Shown piece after piece: positions 39,790 to 54,770 of a stretch of DNA of 64,000 bases. The translations under genes and the position numbers were made by a program. Each line of letters opens with the position of its first letter. Position 1 is the first letter of the stretch. Source of the DNA: Octopus sinensis (lineage: Eukaryota); assembly GCF_006345805.1 (NCBI RefSeq), contig NC_043003.1, forward strand, positions 74,028,001-74,092,000, in the 5' to 3' direction. Below the pieces are notes generated by a model. That model did no database searches and was not told the DNA's origin. It saw nothing but the letters and a program-made list of their open reading frames with translations.

Positions 39790-40380
39790 TGTTTGTGTTG
39801 AACTTTTGGTAAGCTATTCCTTCTTGTGTGAATTATTTCTTCTTTTGTGTTTGTTCTTCTCAGGTGTAATATCGATTGTTCCTTCGTTGTAGTGTTTCTC
39901 GGTAACATCAATTTATAAACGTTGATTTACCTCTTATCTTCAATGGAATAAGTTTTTTACAGATGATAGCACATCTCTTGAATATTGTAAGCTTGATAAT
40001 TATTATACTCTACCAACTTCCCTTTTTCCCCTTTCAATTTCTATTTCTTGAAGTCTTTTATATGCTTTTGCCAACAGTATGATGTTTATTTTCCCCTTCA
40101 CTTTCTATTACAATTGTTGATTTTTCTCATCCTGTTTAACTCTTTTCTGTAGACTGGTTTAGAGAGTACATGGAATGTGTGCCTATTTCTTTTTCTATTT
40201 GCTGTGGTATGACAATCCGAACTTATTCATGATACTAGATTCTGTATGCAGAACCGGATAAACACGATATTTGGTATTATCAAATATAAGGCAATATTAA
40301 TGAGTGGCTAAATTTGAAGTTTGTGGCATTCCACCTGACGACAGCTACACTCCAAATGTCCTATTTGGAATTCCTTTCCG
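39790..40380 (-). mobile_element. Decayed PLE GIY-YIG / 3' fragment
   Basis: Minus reading GIPNRTF...TSNL...LILPYI...PMYS...RKELNRMRKIN resembles PLE endonuclease regions. Heavily frameshifted. Confidence 0.45.
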
Positions 40381-40520
40381 ATAATATCGTATAAAAATGA
40401 AGCTATTTATAATTACGTATATAAATATAAGCGCTTATGCATGCGCATGATTTTGCATATGTATAAGGCATCCTGGATCTATATACATATGTAATAACTA
40501 TGAGGGTGTTAATGCATGCG

Positions 40521-40562
<42 letters not shown>

Positions 40563-40935
40563 GGACTAGGTAACGCTGTGTTTTGAGACAGGACCAGGAA
40601 TCCTTATCACAACGACGTTTTCCCCGAAAATGGATAATGTTTTCTCCAAAAATGGATAAGCAAAAAGATGGCAACAATTCCTCATTCAAATATGCTATAT
40701 TCCCTTCTGTTCACCGTCTCATTTAGAATGATTTACATTACAGCATAGAAGAGAAATAACGAAAATAACATACAAAACGTACAGCAGTTTTCCTCTTTAT
40801 TTATTCAAAGTATCAGCGCTAATGTGAACCATATTGTTTTCATAAGTAAACACAATTGAATGAAATATACATTGTATGTGTAAATATTTGGTTGTATGTA
40901 CAACAATATGGACGTGCAGGGATGTGTATATATAT

Positions 40936-40971
<36 letters not shown>

Positions 40972-41839
40972 CTAAATAACAATAAATGCTCCTGATGGGA
41001 AGCAATAAGTAACGAATCAGTATCAGCGAATAGATATACGAAAATGTTTATAAAATATATCTCCCTGTACACAAGGTATTATGTGATGGTATATTGTAGA
41101 CCAGGCCACCATTACTAACTCCGCTCACTGTATAATCAAAATTGCTTCGGTAGAATGGGGTATCTGACAAAGAGAATAGAGAGCAAAAGGCTGAAAATCT
41201 TGACTTGGTGCATGCAAATTTCTAGCAGCGATATAATTTTATAATGTGTTTCGTAAATAAATATTTACTACAGGATAAACACATCTAAGTTGGACCAAAG
41301 TTATATTTTGTATATAAGGGACTGGATCAAAGTTAATCGCCTAATAATGACGAACACCTGCACAAAACTTCGAGTAATCTGTTGTAAATTCATTTCAGAC
41401 ATGCATACATTTCTCAAATGCTGTGTAAAATACGTTTCTCATTTTACATGAGTCTATATTGTGTCGAGGAATAACGTTAGCATATTTTTCACAATACTTT
41501 ACGTTTCTCATAGCGTTTAACATATAGTGTGAACATTCAAACATCGTGACTATTTTTCCAAATCCACTTGCATTTCACATAGAAATTGTGAGGCTTCAAA
41601 GCCATCGTAGTGCATATATCGACTGATCATGTTTGGCTGTAAAGTTTGGTCTGAATACATAGACTTGTTTGCAAGAAAATATGGTAATTTCATTCTTGCC
41701 CTGCATGCGAAAAGTTTTTGATATGCAATGAATATATAGCCTAGTCTTGTCAGCTGAGAGTTCAAGTATTAACCACAGGTATTTCCAAGATCAATCTTTA
41801 TGCCCGAATATTTATTGAGCCAAACAACTAGGACGAGTG

Positions 41840-41990
41840 GCAGAGACACATTCTATACTCATGAAGAATTGTTATTTACTTCTTTCATCACGGCGTATTT
41901 TACTACAAAATCATGTATGGTCGCTATTCAAAAATTTTGCAGCAAATATGTCATAAGTTTCGCTATGCATTCTCAGGCATTTACAATTCG
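41840..41990 (+). mobile_element. Tc1/mariner-like transposase N-terminal HTH remnant (DUF4817-like)
   Basis: YTHEELLFTSFITAYFTTKSCMVAIQKFCSKY. Confidence 0.5.
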
Positions 41991-43539
41991 CTTGCCTCTA
42001 TTGAATATCTTTCCGTCATTCATCTCATCCAGTGTATTAATGGAAATCATCAATGAGACCAATTTATCTTGGCCATATCAGTTTTTCCTAAATTAAAACA
42101 TAATCATTTTATCACTTTTTTGTTTGGTTAACACGTGATTGGCTGAAATTATTAATTCATAGTAGTTATTAGGATGTCTGCTAATGTATTCTGAATCACT
42201 ATGTCATCATTTAATGTGAAATGCTGTCGAAATTGAAGTTACATTTCAGTTTTCCGTGACGGATAAAGTAGAGTAAATGTAAAGTACAGCGGCAAATTAC
42301 TAGTTTCACTATTACTCTCCACTAATTCTACACTTAATCCCTTTAGAGCTAATTATTAAAGTATCACCTACTGATATTCCGTACATTGTATTCCACTTGT
42401 CTTTTGGATGGTTTCACAGATGAATCAAAATTATGCAATGTTTGATAAAGCATTGTAAACAATATCAACGCGTTTTAATAGCAATATTGTTTAATACTTT
42501 AATACTTTAATGATTAAACATTATAGATGTCTATATCTGGTAACAAGGAAGAGTCAGAAGAACCAGTGACAAGCCTAGCAGACAATATTCTTTCCATTTC
42601 GATCTTACAGTAATTACTTTTTATCGCCATGATAATACTCGACATAAATTCTCGAAATTATTGACTCTGTATTTCAATGCAACACTTTCATAAATGAAAT
42701 TAATAGAGTTATGTACGTTTCTGCAAAGGATTTGATGTTATAAATACCATGTTACATAAGAAAGGGAATCTGGACTGTAGCAGTTCTCAAGAACATAGAT
42801 ATATTTCGGATTAAAACATTTGTATCGCACGCGCTAGAAAAAATGTATCCTATGTATGCAGAGCTATCGCTGACAATTTGAACGACAATAAGTGCTCTGA
42901 CAAATTACCTCGATTCAAATTAAGCTTTCTTCGTGCATGCATATTTGAAGATAAATTAGAAAATGTAATGATAATAATAATTTACAAAGAGTATTGAATT
43001 ATAATAAAGTAATACATTACCAAATTACCAAACATACCCCAATATAAATTTATATAAGAAATAGAAATTGATACTTATTTGCTTCACCTCTTTTAAATAT
43101 GGAATGGTGAGACAAATAATATGATGTAGGATGAACAAGATATTGATTAATAGGATAAGAATTTTAGTACGTTTTATGCGATCATTTGTGGGGTAATTTA
43201 AAAAGGGCACAATCGATGCAACGATTAATATTGAAACAACCCAAAGCATATAAAAGATTCCTTCCCTAAGATATTAAAAAAAAACGAGCGCAATGATACA
43301 GAATAATTTTTGAATACTGCACAATCACAACATTCAGTGAAAGAGTTTGTGAAGGAAGCTCTGTGTGGCCGATTGAACAGCAACAAGTATTAAATGCTCT
43401 ACTTCTGTATTGGCCTTTTAGAAAAAAGGCGCCTAGAGCTATATTCCATACAATAGGTCAGTCAAAACAAAACAGAAAAAATAGGATATTATCAACGCTG
43501 TATAAATGTTCATAAATATACTGAATGTGCGTTTCAGTA

Positions 43540-43915
43540 AGGCGGAGAGGTGGCAGAAACGTTAGCATGTCGGGCGAAAAGCTTAGCGGTATTTCGTCTG
43601 ATTTTACGTACTGAGTTCAATTTCCACCGAGGTCGACTTTGTCTTTTATCCTTTCGGGGTCGATAAATTAAGTACCAGTTACGCACTGGGGTCGATGTAA
43701 TCCATTTGTCTGTCCTTGGTTGTCCCTTCTTTGTTTAGCCCCTTGTGGGCAATAAAGAAATAGGTATTTCGTTTGACATACTGTGTTCAATTTCCACCGA
43801 GGTCGACTTTCTCTTTTATTCATTCGGGATCGATAAGTTAAGTACCAGTTACTAGGTCGATCCAATCTACTAGACTCTCCCCAAAATTCGGGCCTTGTTA
43901 CTAGAGTAGAAATGA
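43540..43915 (+). mobile_element. tRNA-derived SINE with internal duplication
   Basis: A box-like TGGCAGAAACG and B box-like GAGTTCAATTTCC. Core repeated at about 43780-43860. Confidence 0.88.
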
Positions 43916-46199
43916 AAAGAATGTGTTTTTCATTGGTAAAAACAATAATGGCAAAAAATGACAAAACTTTTTGAATTGAAGATATTCTAATGTGAAAAAA
44001 AGACGAATAAAAGTTAACTATCCCAAGAGAGAATGCTAAAAACTGAATAAAAAAATTGAAATATAAGATTATAATTATATTTTGTTGTTTATAACTGTGA
44101 TTAAATATTTTAAATGTTGTATTAGATTATTGTATAGTGATTTATCATGACAAGTTTTCTTCACTAAGACCTATTCAGAATAAATCAGTGTGATTGTGAT
44201 AATCCCTTATCTCAGAAATTCAGACAGAAAATAATACATATAATATTACAGTTTTTGAGGTTACTAGACAGAGAGAGAACATTTGTAATAGAGTTAGAAC
44301 GAGAAAAAAAACAGTGAGAAAATCGCGAATAGTTTTGCATTAATATAAGAGCAAAGGCACACACAAAACACCCACATACACACAAATTCAAACGAGCACA
44401 CGCATACACGCACACATGTATACGGAAAGGGCAATAGAGTGAAGGAGAGAGAAGTGTTAGTGTGTGATATAGTAAGAGAAATGTGACAATGTGAACGTGA
44501 TTTGCGATTGTATATGGCTATACATCATGAAAATTAAAGCGATATATAGTAAAAATTGATAAAATATATTCAACAGTTAATGATATTTGGCTCTGCTAGT
44601 AAAGAGTCAACGGAGACGTGAAATATTATATATAATAATTTATTGAGTTTGATACATTGAAAACGCCAAAGTTTATTAATAATGGTCGCAAAGGTAGTTT
44701 CAAGAAATACGAGAAACGGAGAGAAACAAAATAATCATCCTGGCAGAAAATTGCTAAGAAACATTTTAAAACAATTTCATTCGGAACAGATATTAAGATA
44801 TTCGTGGGAGAAGAGAGGGTAACGTCGACTCATATTGTATAACCAGTTAACATGTCTCCCTTTGATTCTTCGGAGGTTTCTTAACTTGGAATTCCTGTTG
44901 ATGATACAGTAGCGAAATCCGATGGATATAAAAATTCCATAGAGATTGCTAGGACGGTGTGTTGACAGCACCTCCTTCTCTACGGATTGAAACAAGAATA
45001 TTTGACAGAAGAAATTCCTTAAAGGCAACTTGACAACGTAACTTCGAGTCTCGAGGCTGATTCAATGGCATACCAGCACGGGCAGTGATCGGGTGGTTTC
45101 GTGGCATTGAGGATAATGCAGCCTGCAGATCGTGCATTTCAGCCCTTCAGTATGGAAGCTTCTATTCTTGAAGGCCTTAGATTTCTCTAGGACATCCGCA
45201 TTATAAACTATCTCTGTGTCAGAATCCTCATGAACATTATAGAATCAATCTTGGCTAATGACCATGTTTACTGGGTTCGACGCTTGTATTGAAAGTTACG
45301 GTGGAACTGAAATTAGTATACATGTCGGATTATTTATCTTGGCGTATACATTTAGGAAGCGTAAACAAGATCTCCACCCTACCCGTAGGTCGACTCTCCA
45401 TAGAAACAACGGCTTGGCAGACTGACGCTATTCAAGCAGTAACGCCATGGATGAGTTCATTGATGTTATAGTCAAGCGATGCATCAACGATCACGCTCTA
45501 TTACATCTGTACCCACACATACTCACACAAACGGCTCACATAATTGCACACATACGAGAGGTATTGACACATAAATACCTGATGTATGCATATAGACGCA
45601 CCAGGTGTAATACACACATCGAAGCAACTTTCTACATACGTACCAACTTGGAAATTCCCTCATCTCAAGAGCGCATGTGTGCATACATGCATACACACAC
45701 AGCAGCACACGTAGAACAGATACACACGCTAACGGACTAAAGTAGCATGTATATCCACCACACAACCCACAGCTGCAACTGGCTTCGCGAACGATTCTCT
45801 CTTTTGTGCCAAGAAAGCGAGGCGCTACCAATATCCTGTACAATCGCGTCAATATAGAAATACGTATTGGGATTTTTCATCTAATGATGTTTATGTATTT
45901 ACAAAACAACGCTACATGCTTAGACAAATAGTAGCCGAATTTCCAGTCATCACCTTGAACTTTCTCCAGTCAGTGACTGAAGCGTGAACCGCTTGGTTTT
46001 ACGAGCACAGTAATCTTTAATTTGCTCGTAGCGTTTTCGATTTGTTATAAAAGTTTTTCAACTGTAATTATTCGATCCAATTCTCAGGTACACTGTAGTT
46101 ACAATTTTTGCTGTTGGTTGAGCAATTTTCTTTAAATGTAGTTTCATCACATCAAACAATACTCTCTTTCTAGAAACTGTGCATCTACATATCTGGGCA

Positions 46200-46600
46200 A
46201 GTGCCTCTCAAATGTCTCGAATATCTGCTCAGATCATCTTCCTTAAGAGCGTAGACAATTGAATACTTGGCTTTAAATTTCTTGTGTTATGATTTCACAG
46301 AATCTGGCAATATATTTCTAACCCTATTCCTTACTTTTCGGGTCTTGTCTATGTTTCCTATGTTTCTGAACTTTTCCATGTGAATATTTTGAACTGTTTT
46401 ATCTGTTTCAAGTTTATCTCTCTTGTGAGGGATGATAAGTTTCGTAGATTGTTTTGTTTGAAACCCCAATCCAACATGCCTTTGTAGTTCTATTGCATCC
46501 TGAAATTTCAGTAGCATTTAATGAAAAAATTTCATTCGTTGAAATCATGGTTTGACGCCCTTTAGCATTGCAGCTGGGTGAATTTAATATATAATGTAAA
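46200..46600 (-). mobile_element. PLE fragment
   Basis: FQDAIELQRHVGLGFQTKQ resembles a PLE linker motif. Confidence 0.5.
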
Positions 46601-46842
46601 TGAAGCACCTTATCAGCTTTTAACGTATTTATACATTGTTTGGGACATATGAGCGCACACGCACTTACACAGGCAAACACATAAACACACGCGCACGTAC
46701 CCACCACCTATGTCTATAAGCGGTAAAAAGTCAATAATTGTGTGGCTGAAATGAATACTGAAAATGAAGTTGATAATGGAAGAATAATTAATCATTATTA
46801 ATAATATACAACATAATGAATGTGATATGTGTCAATGGTGAA

Positions 46843-47455
46843 AGGAGCGAGCTGGCAGAAACGTTAGCACGACGGGCGAAATGCTTAGCGGTATTTCGTC
46901 TGCCGCTACATTCTCAGTTCAAATTCCGCCGAGGTCGACTTTGCTTTTCATCCTTTCGGGATCGATTAAATAAGTACTAGTTACACACTGTGGTCGATAT
47001 ATTCGACTTAATCCGTTTGTCTGTCCTTGTTTGTCCTCCCTGTGTTTAGTCCCGTGTGGGTAGTAAAGAAATAAGTATTTCGTCTGTCGCTACGTTCTGA
47101 GTTGAAATTCCACCAAGGTCAACTTTGTCTTTCATCCTTTCGGGTCGATAAACTAAGTACCAGTTACGCACTGGGGTCGGCGTAATCACCTTAATCCCTT
47201 TGTCTATCTTTGTTTCTCTCCTCTATGTTTAGCCCCCCCCCCTGTGGGCAATAAAGAAATAAGACACTTTAGCACACCGGACAAAATGCCTAGCGGTATT
47301 TCTTCTGTCTTTACGTCCTGAGTCCAAATTTCGCTGAGGTCGACTTTGCCTTTCATCCTTTCGGGGTCGATAAATTAAGTACCAGTTGAGATCTAATCGA
47401 CTGACCTCCTCACCTCAAAAATTTCCGGCATTGTGCCTAGAGTAGAAAAGAATAT
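46843..47455 (+). mobile_element. Compound SINE, three partly repeated units
   Basis: The core ...gaggtcgactttg..tttcatcctttcgg..tcgat..a.taagtac.ag occurs three times. Confidence 0.88.
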
Positions 47456-47629
47456 GCGTGAATGGTAAATATTAATTAATAATGATAATGATGATATCGT
47501 AATAAAAAGAAAAGTTTTGAAAATGAATTATAAAATGAATGGGATGCAAAATTTAATTAAAAACCTACCGTTCCTAATCTTAATATAAAAGTAATATTTA
47601 TGAAAGAACTAATATTAATGATTTGAATA

Positions 47630-47830
47630 ACAAAAGCTTCAAAGCTTGGCAGAAGGCCAGTAAGCTCTCGATAGACGATACGTTGATTAGATCGACCATT
47701 GTTCTCAACTGGTACGTACTTCATCGAACCCAAAAGGATGAAAGCCAAAATCGGCATCGCTGGAATTTGAACTCAGATTCTTAAGACGGGCGAAATGCGC
47801 GTAGAGTTTGCTCGGTGTGTTAACGGTTCT
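47630..47830 (-). mobile_element. SINE, inverted
   Basis: Reverse complement of the same SINE head and core. Confidence 0.8.
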
Positions 47831-47904
47831 GCCAGTTCATCGGCTTAATGAATAAATAAAAATAGTAACATCAACGATAAAAACAACAACAACATTAATA
47901 TTCC

Positions 47905-48140
47905 CTTCCGTTATAGGCACAAGGCCTAAAGTTTTAGGGGACGGTACAGTGAATTATATCAATCCTAGTGCATAACTTGTACGTATTTCATCGACCACAC
48001 TGTACAACAAGGTACTTATTTCATCGTCTCCAAAACGATGAAGGCAAAGGTTAACTCGGAGGAATTAGAACTCAAAAAGTAACGACGAACGAAATACTGC
48101 TAAGTATTTCGTCCATCGTGCTAAAGATTGTGCCGTCTCA
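47905..48140 (-). mobile_element. SINE, inverted
   Basis: Reverse complement of the same SINE head, core and tail. Confidence 0.75.
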
Positions 48141-50328
48141 CCTATTATAATGTTCAGGCATTCTTTTCTGTACTGTACATAAGGCAATATGGCAAACACT
48201 TAATTAAATGTGCGGAGATTCTTGTTAAAAAACGTTCTCCTATTACTTATTCTCCTATTACTTGTTCTCCTACACTGTATTAGCCCTATCTTCAAATTCG
48301 AAGAGTATATATTAACAGATCAATGCTTGGTATACACGTACGAATAGGAGATCCATTCCAAGCACACGTGAGCGTATAGAAATAGTTGTTATTCCTTTGA
48401 AAAATTGCAGTATGTCTCTTAAATGTGGTTATTACTTGGTTTCACGCTTGTAATTTCATGATCCTAGATATGCTTCAATGGGTCAGTCTCAGAAAAATAA
48501 AACAACAACATCAAAAACAGAATATACATAAACAAATTAAATTCGTAAATTAGAATCAATGTAAATTGAGATAAGAACAGCTACATGGAAATATGCCGAA
48601 TTTACTAAAAATATTCAAATTCCAATACCAGTAAACATGTGAAAATTTAAATATTGTCTAATATAGTCAGTAATGTGGCATTAAAGCATTAAAAGTTTTC
48701 CATAAAATGTAAATAGAGATTTCAAATTAGAAATTCAAAGCATGTGTGTAATTATTCATTATTCTCGTAAAATAATATCCAAATGCGCATCAAGTATAAA
48801 TACATACATTCCGGAGTTCAAAATATGTCATATATATATATAAACATTCAAATACACACGCACACATGTATGTATTTATGTATGTATGTTTGTATGCATG
48901 TATGTATGTATGTATGTTTGTATGTATATAAGTATGTACGTGCGTATGTATGTATATATGTGCAGGTGTACGTATCTGTATATATGTTAAGCTTTTGTAA
49001 ATTGAAAAATCAATTTCAAAACATTATGGCAAAATTATATGGAAAATACTTTTCTTTTTATAGTTTCTCAGAGAAATTTACATTCGCATCAGCACATCCA
49101 GACAGTTGCTATTTATTAGTTGTATAAACTAAATTACACTTCGTTGCTCTTTAATATATTTTAGTATTCTATATATTTCTTAGTATTTCTATATATTTCG
49201 TTTAAATTTAGCATATCCTTCAATTTTGGTTTATCCCTATTTGGATACAAATAGAAATATACAAATACATGAATAAAGAATCTATACATTTACATATACA
49301 ATTACACATACAGACATGTATACGCTCATATATATGCACAATAATTTATACATAATACATATAAATATTCAATAACTTAGCAATTAATGAGTGCATTTAC
49401 AACTATGGAAAGTATGTATATGAATACAAAACAACCTTCTCGCAGGCACATCAGAATATAGAATAGTTGATGCATAGAATTGTGAATTAGTTAAATTTAA
49501 AGGTGTTATTATTATTTGGAGAGCGTTATTTATTCATTAATAGGTCACATAGTACTACATAGTTTCTCGTCTTTTTATGTTAAAACATAAATCATATTCT
49601 ATGATAAAGATTTCACCTGCTATATATAAGAAATCATAAGTTTCTCTGTCGCCGTAGACGTCTCTTTCACGTCGTTTCTTTAGAATATCGACAATATTTG
49701 AATCAAGAGCATCGGGTTACTAGATTAAGCTGTCTAGCTTTCCTTCATTACACCTCACATTCCCTGCGCCTATTTCCAGATTTCTCTTGCAAATTTTAAT
49801 ACATCTTTTTCGATAATATCCCTTGTGTTGGATGAAAGTACATACGGCCATTATAACTATCCCTGCTGCATTACTGGGTGCACATCACTTTAATTTCAAA
49901 ATCTCTCATGCGCACAGACTCCAGTGGTTGATACACATTAGATCATCATTGGCATTCCTTTGCAATAATGAGTAATGGTTCTCCAAACCCTTTCAAGATA
50001 ATTAGCCGGATTCGCATGCTGCAAATTATCTTGCCTTATTAAATAGCGTTTTGACAACACCACAATAATTCTGTCAGTTCCATTGTTCGGTTCCTCTCCT
50101 GTTCCCTCCAAGCATTTGTACATACAAGCACCAGCATTCGGTTTTGTCACGTAATTTAGCTTGTCAGTCGCAACCTGTAACAGGTGCACACTGTTGTACA
50201 TAGCTCCGTATGTCAGCTTGATGCAGAGTTGGAAACAAAATACAACACCTGCCAACATCTGAAGGAAAGCGTCTGCTTCTCATCTCATCATCTCACCACG
50301 AGCTACGCCCTCCGTATACATTCCACAC

Positions 50329-50766
<438 letters not shown>

Positions 50767-51729
50767 GTATATATATATAATGCATTACATGTGGCAAGAT
50801 ACCGAATTTTCTCAATGCAAAATGCAAAGGATGGTAAACGTCCTTTAACTCCTATCCGAAGTTACATTTTTTTTCTTGGTTACTTAGAATGTAAAGTACA
50901 TCATTGATAAATGTATTGATAAAAACGATAATAAAGAATTTGAACATTTAAATTTATGTTTATTTCCATTTAGCTTATTCATAATAATTGCTCTCTACGT
51001 GTTTCCATCTTACTAATAGAGTATCGTTGCATATTTATATGCAACGATATATGTATCGTTAGCACGATCTGTCATTGTTTAAAGAGGAAACTTCCTCTGT
51101 TATTAGTCTCTAATTAGTCCTGAGTTATCCATTGCATAAATTAGTGGTTTAATGAAAGCGTAATTGTTTGAGATATCTATTAGAAGAACTTCTGTTTTGT
51201 TTTTATTAGGAATATTCTTGTAGATATTCAATTACTTCTAAAGTACCAGACTATTGTTTCAGAGTAATGATGTTCTTAAGAGGAAGAGTAGCAATATATT
51301 TATCGATGACGTATTTACGAATCAGGAGATAATTTTTTTCCGATAACGAAGAAATAATATAATTTATTTCATAAACGAAGATTCATAATCGTATTCTACA
51401 ACTCTAAAAAAATAGCTGAAATTATAGGGGCATTAACATTAATAAGGTAACTAAAAATGACAACCAAAGTAAAGAAAATAATAATAAATCCTATAATAAT
51501 AATACCATTTTAAAAACGATAGTAAGATGATTAATCTAAATTCTATTGAAGCAACCACTAAGAAACTTAACAATAATCAAGATGAAGATACCCAATTAAA
51601 TAATTCTATAGATCTTATAACTAAAAGACAGGCACACATGGTGACAAGAAAGAGTAGCGACTAATATGAAAGATTAAATGAACATTTGCGGAGAGAAAAT
51701 GACGACCGAAAACAATTCACCATACATTG

Positions 51730-52300
51730 CTGAAATGCCAAAGACGAACATAGGGGTAGATTGGGTCCACGTTGCAGACTGTGTTCTTCCAGAAAGTCAA
51801 TCTGGTTTTTGTATGGGACGTGGCACTGCTGATACGATCTTTTCAGCTAGACAGATTCAGGAGAGGTGTGTGGAACAGGGTCTGGATTTATATCAGTTTT
51901 TTGTTGATCTTACAAAAGCCTTTGGTACCGTTAATAGAAATGCACACTGTGGAATGTCCTCTAGAAACTTGAGTGTCCTGAAAAGTTCCTTGATTTGGTT
52001 AGGTTTTTTCATGAAGATATTAAGGGTAGGGTTATTGTTAGAGGGAGAATGTCGGAGCCTATCTCAAAATAAATTGGAGTGAAAGAAAGAGATATTCTGG
52101 TTTCGACCCTATCTGCCATATATTTTGTGATGGCTTAGTGTATTGAATTCAGAAACTGGAGATATCACACTTCTGGCAGCATATTTAATATCAGGCGCTT
52201 TGCTGCAAAAACAAAGGCATTTACCTCTATCATAACAGACTTTTTGTATGCAGATGATTGTGATCTAGTAGCGTACAAAGAGATTGATATGCAATCTCTT
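51730..52300 (+). mobile_element. RTE-clade LINE reverse transcriptase fragment
   Basis: VLPESQSGF..GRGTADTIFSARQIQERCVEQGLDLYQFFVDLTKAFGTVNR ... DFLYADDCDLVA, frameshifted. Confidence 0.92.
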
Positions 52301-52301
52301 A

Positions 52302-52369
<68 letters not shown>

Positions 52370-52647
52370 AATGAAAGACGAAAGATGGAATATACGAGGA
52401 TTTATTAATCACGACAATTGTTTCGAGCATCAATCCCTGGTTGGTGGTACGCTCAATACCTGGCTCATAATCTTCATGTTGTGCAGATTTATCTCATCGA
52501 GTGATAAATAGATACATCTCGATACATTATCGTAGATTTAGAAATAATAATATTTCTAACTTTGAAAACCAGTGGATGTGTTTCACTGAATATGTGCAAA
52601 CCTTCGAACAAAAGCTCAACAGCGACGCCTGCTGCTTTCAGCTACTC

Positions 52648-52686
52648 CACATTGATAACGGGAAAATACCCCGAAACTAGTCTGTG
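52648..52686 (+). ncRNA. Decayed minimal hammerhead motif
   Basis: CACA-TTGATAA-CGGG-aaaata-CCCC-GAA-ACTAGT-C-TGTG. Helices and GUC intact; core C3 to T and G8 to A. Confidence 0.5.
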
Positions 52687-52914
52687 AACGCTGATGACCT
52701 CCCCTGTTCGAAAGTTGTAATAGACACTGATTTGTGTGTCACATAGCTAGGTTGAGGCGATGGCCTCTTGGAGCTAATCGATAGCAGCATTCATCCTACT
52801 TTTCTGGACTGTGAGATTGGCGATATCTCTTAATACCCAGTACTGCTGTAGTAGTATCCTTTAGAGAAATTTAGAAAGAATATTTCTGTATTTATAATTA
52901 TATATGTCTTATAT

Positions 52915-53100
52915 TTTTGCCTTGCTTTTAGTCATTAGACTGCCGCCTTGCTGCGGTACCGCCTTGAAGAATTATTATCGAGTAAACCGACTCTGATACT
53001 TATATTTTGAAACCTGGTACTTATTCTAGCGTTCACCTGTTGCCAAACCGCTAAGTTACGGGGACACAAACGCACCAACAACGGTTATCAAGCATGGAGT
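52915..53100 (+). mobile_element. SINE-like repeat fragment
   Basis: cagtcattagactgc.gcc.tgct...ccgctaagttacgggga, related to the 3' parts of 5222-5680 and 24160-24320. Confidence 0.5.
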
Positions 53101-54569
53101 CAAATACAGAACCAAAGAAAGACAGACAGAGAGACAAGCAGACGCACACCCATATTGTTTTATCTTGGGAGGATCATTTCGCTAATAAATAACACGCTGA
53201 AACAGTTTCCCTTTTTATGTCTGATGGTTAATTCTTTAAATATTTAACAAAGCGGCTGATCTTTCACTTGATTAATCAGTCTGCAGATCAATGAATGACC
53301 TGTCTATCAATGTCTTTTCATAAACATTCGTGATGTCATTAATGATATGCTCTTTCTTCAAATCTGCCCGTATTCGAATTAATACCCCAGTTTATGTAGT
53401 TGTAGCTGCATATATTATATCTTAAAGGAAGGGAGAGAATAAATTAGTTGTGCGTGTCTAAGCGTTTGCAGAGATGTGTACATGTATGTGCATGCATTTG
53501 GGTGAGTGAATATGCGTACATACGTACGTATGTATGTATGTATGTATGTATGTATGTATGTATGTATGTGTCCGTCCCTCTATCTTCCTACATATCTGTA
53601 TATATGCACCCCCCCCCATATATATATAGTTATCACACATACACATGATTTTACGACAACATACACAACAAGTGTATATTTTAAAACGAAAATAAAATAT
53701 CAATGAAAGTAAACTTGCAACGCCTGCAGTAAATGAATCCATAAACCAAAAGCAGGGGGATCGTGGAAATAATAAATTAACGTTTTCCTTGTTTTTTCAT
53801 CGTGTTTGATATTTCAGGCCTAGAGGTTACGTGAAACATCCCCGCCGCTAGTGCATACTACACACCGTGGCAAATTTCTGCTTGCATTTCTAATTCTCGA
53901 ATTTAAAGTTTACTCGTTAAAATGAAGAGAGTAGGCGAATATCTCTGTTGTAAGTAGTTCTTAAGATTCGCATGTCGCTATAAGTGTGAAATTTAAAATA
54001 CAGACAAGAAACTGTTGAACAATTCAGTGTATCATTTTCTTTCAACAATGTTGCTGATCAGTAATTTTTTTTTCTGATTTGAATATAATCTGTTAGATCA
54101 TATCAAATAATTACTATATTGAAAATTAGTGTAATATGAAATATGACAATTGTAGTTGGAGTCTTCGGCACATGCTATGCGCTCACATATGCCTTAAAGT
54201 TAATAATCGTACAAATTAGATAGAAGAAAAAACCCCTATGAAATAGAAAATTAAGAGCAATTGTTCTTTGTGGGCATGAATCATCTATATGGAAAGTAAG
54301 AAGTAAATATAGACTCCGACTTCAATTCTGAAAAGATGCCTATAATGCTATATATATTGTATGACAAAGAAATTGAGTGGGTAGATATTCCAAGCTATAA
54401 AACTTGTCTGTACATTGCGCAAAGACAGAACATAAGGTTATTAGAAAATGTAACGTTAAAGTATGAAGATATAAAATTCTAACTTAACCGAAAAAGTGTA
54501 ATACACGAAGACGTCTTGATCAAAATAATTTCGAAAAACTGAAGTGCGTTGAAACTAAAGGCTATCATT

Positions 54570-54770
54570 TTGCGCCGTCTGAAGTCACATTTTTGCCACA
54601 TTGTTGCCAATTCTTTGATCTCATGATGTTAGTAGTTCTTGTACTTTAAGGCGAAGAACTCTTTTCTTGAAGCTTCCGGCTCCTCTTGGTTGATGAAATA
54701 TTTTGAGCGCAGGAACAGAGCGATGAATCGGAATAAGCAATAACCCCAAAGAGATAAATATTTGTGGTTA
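54570..54770 (-). mobile_element. Mariner transposase C-terminal fragment
   Basis: YCLFRFIALFLRSKYFINQEEPEASRKEFFALKYKNY*HHEIKELATMWQKC. Confidence 0.7.

Noticed and set aside
44740-45240. LINE-like phrases (LRNFF, LRRIKG)
   Set aside because: Motif order is opposite to CR1/L2 C-termini, so it is left unassigned.
49620-50290. 106-aa ORF and neighbouring sequence as a PLE or gene
   Set aside because: Looks like decayed coding sequence, but I could not match any diagnostic motif.
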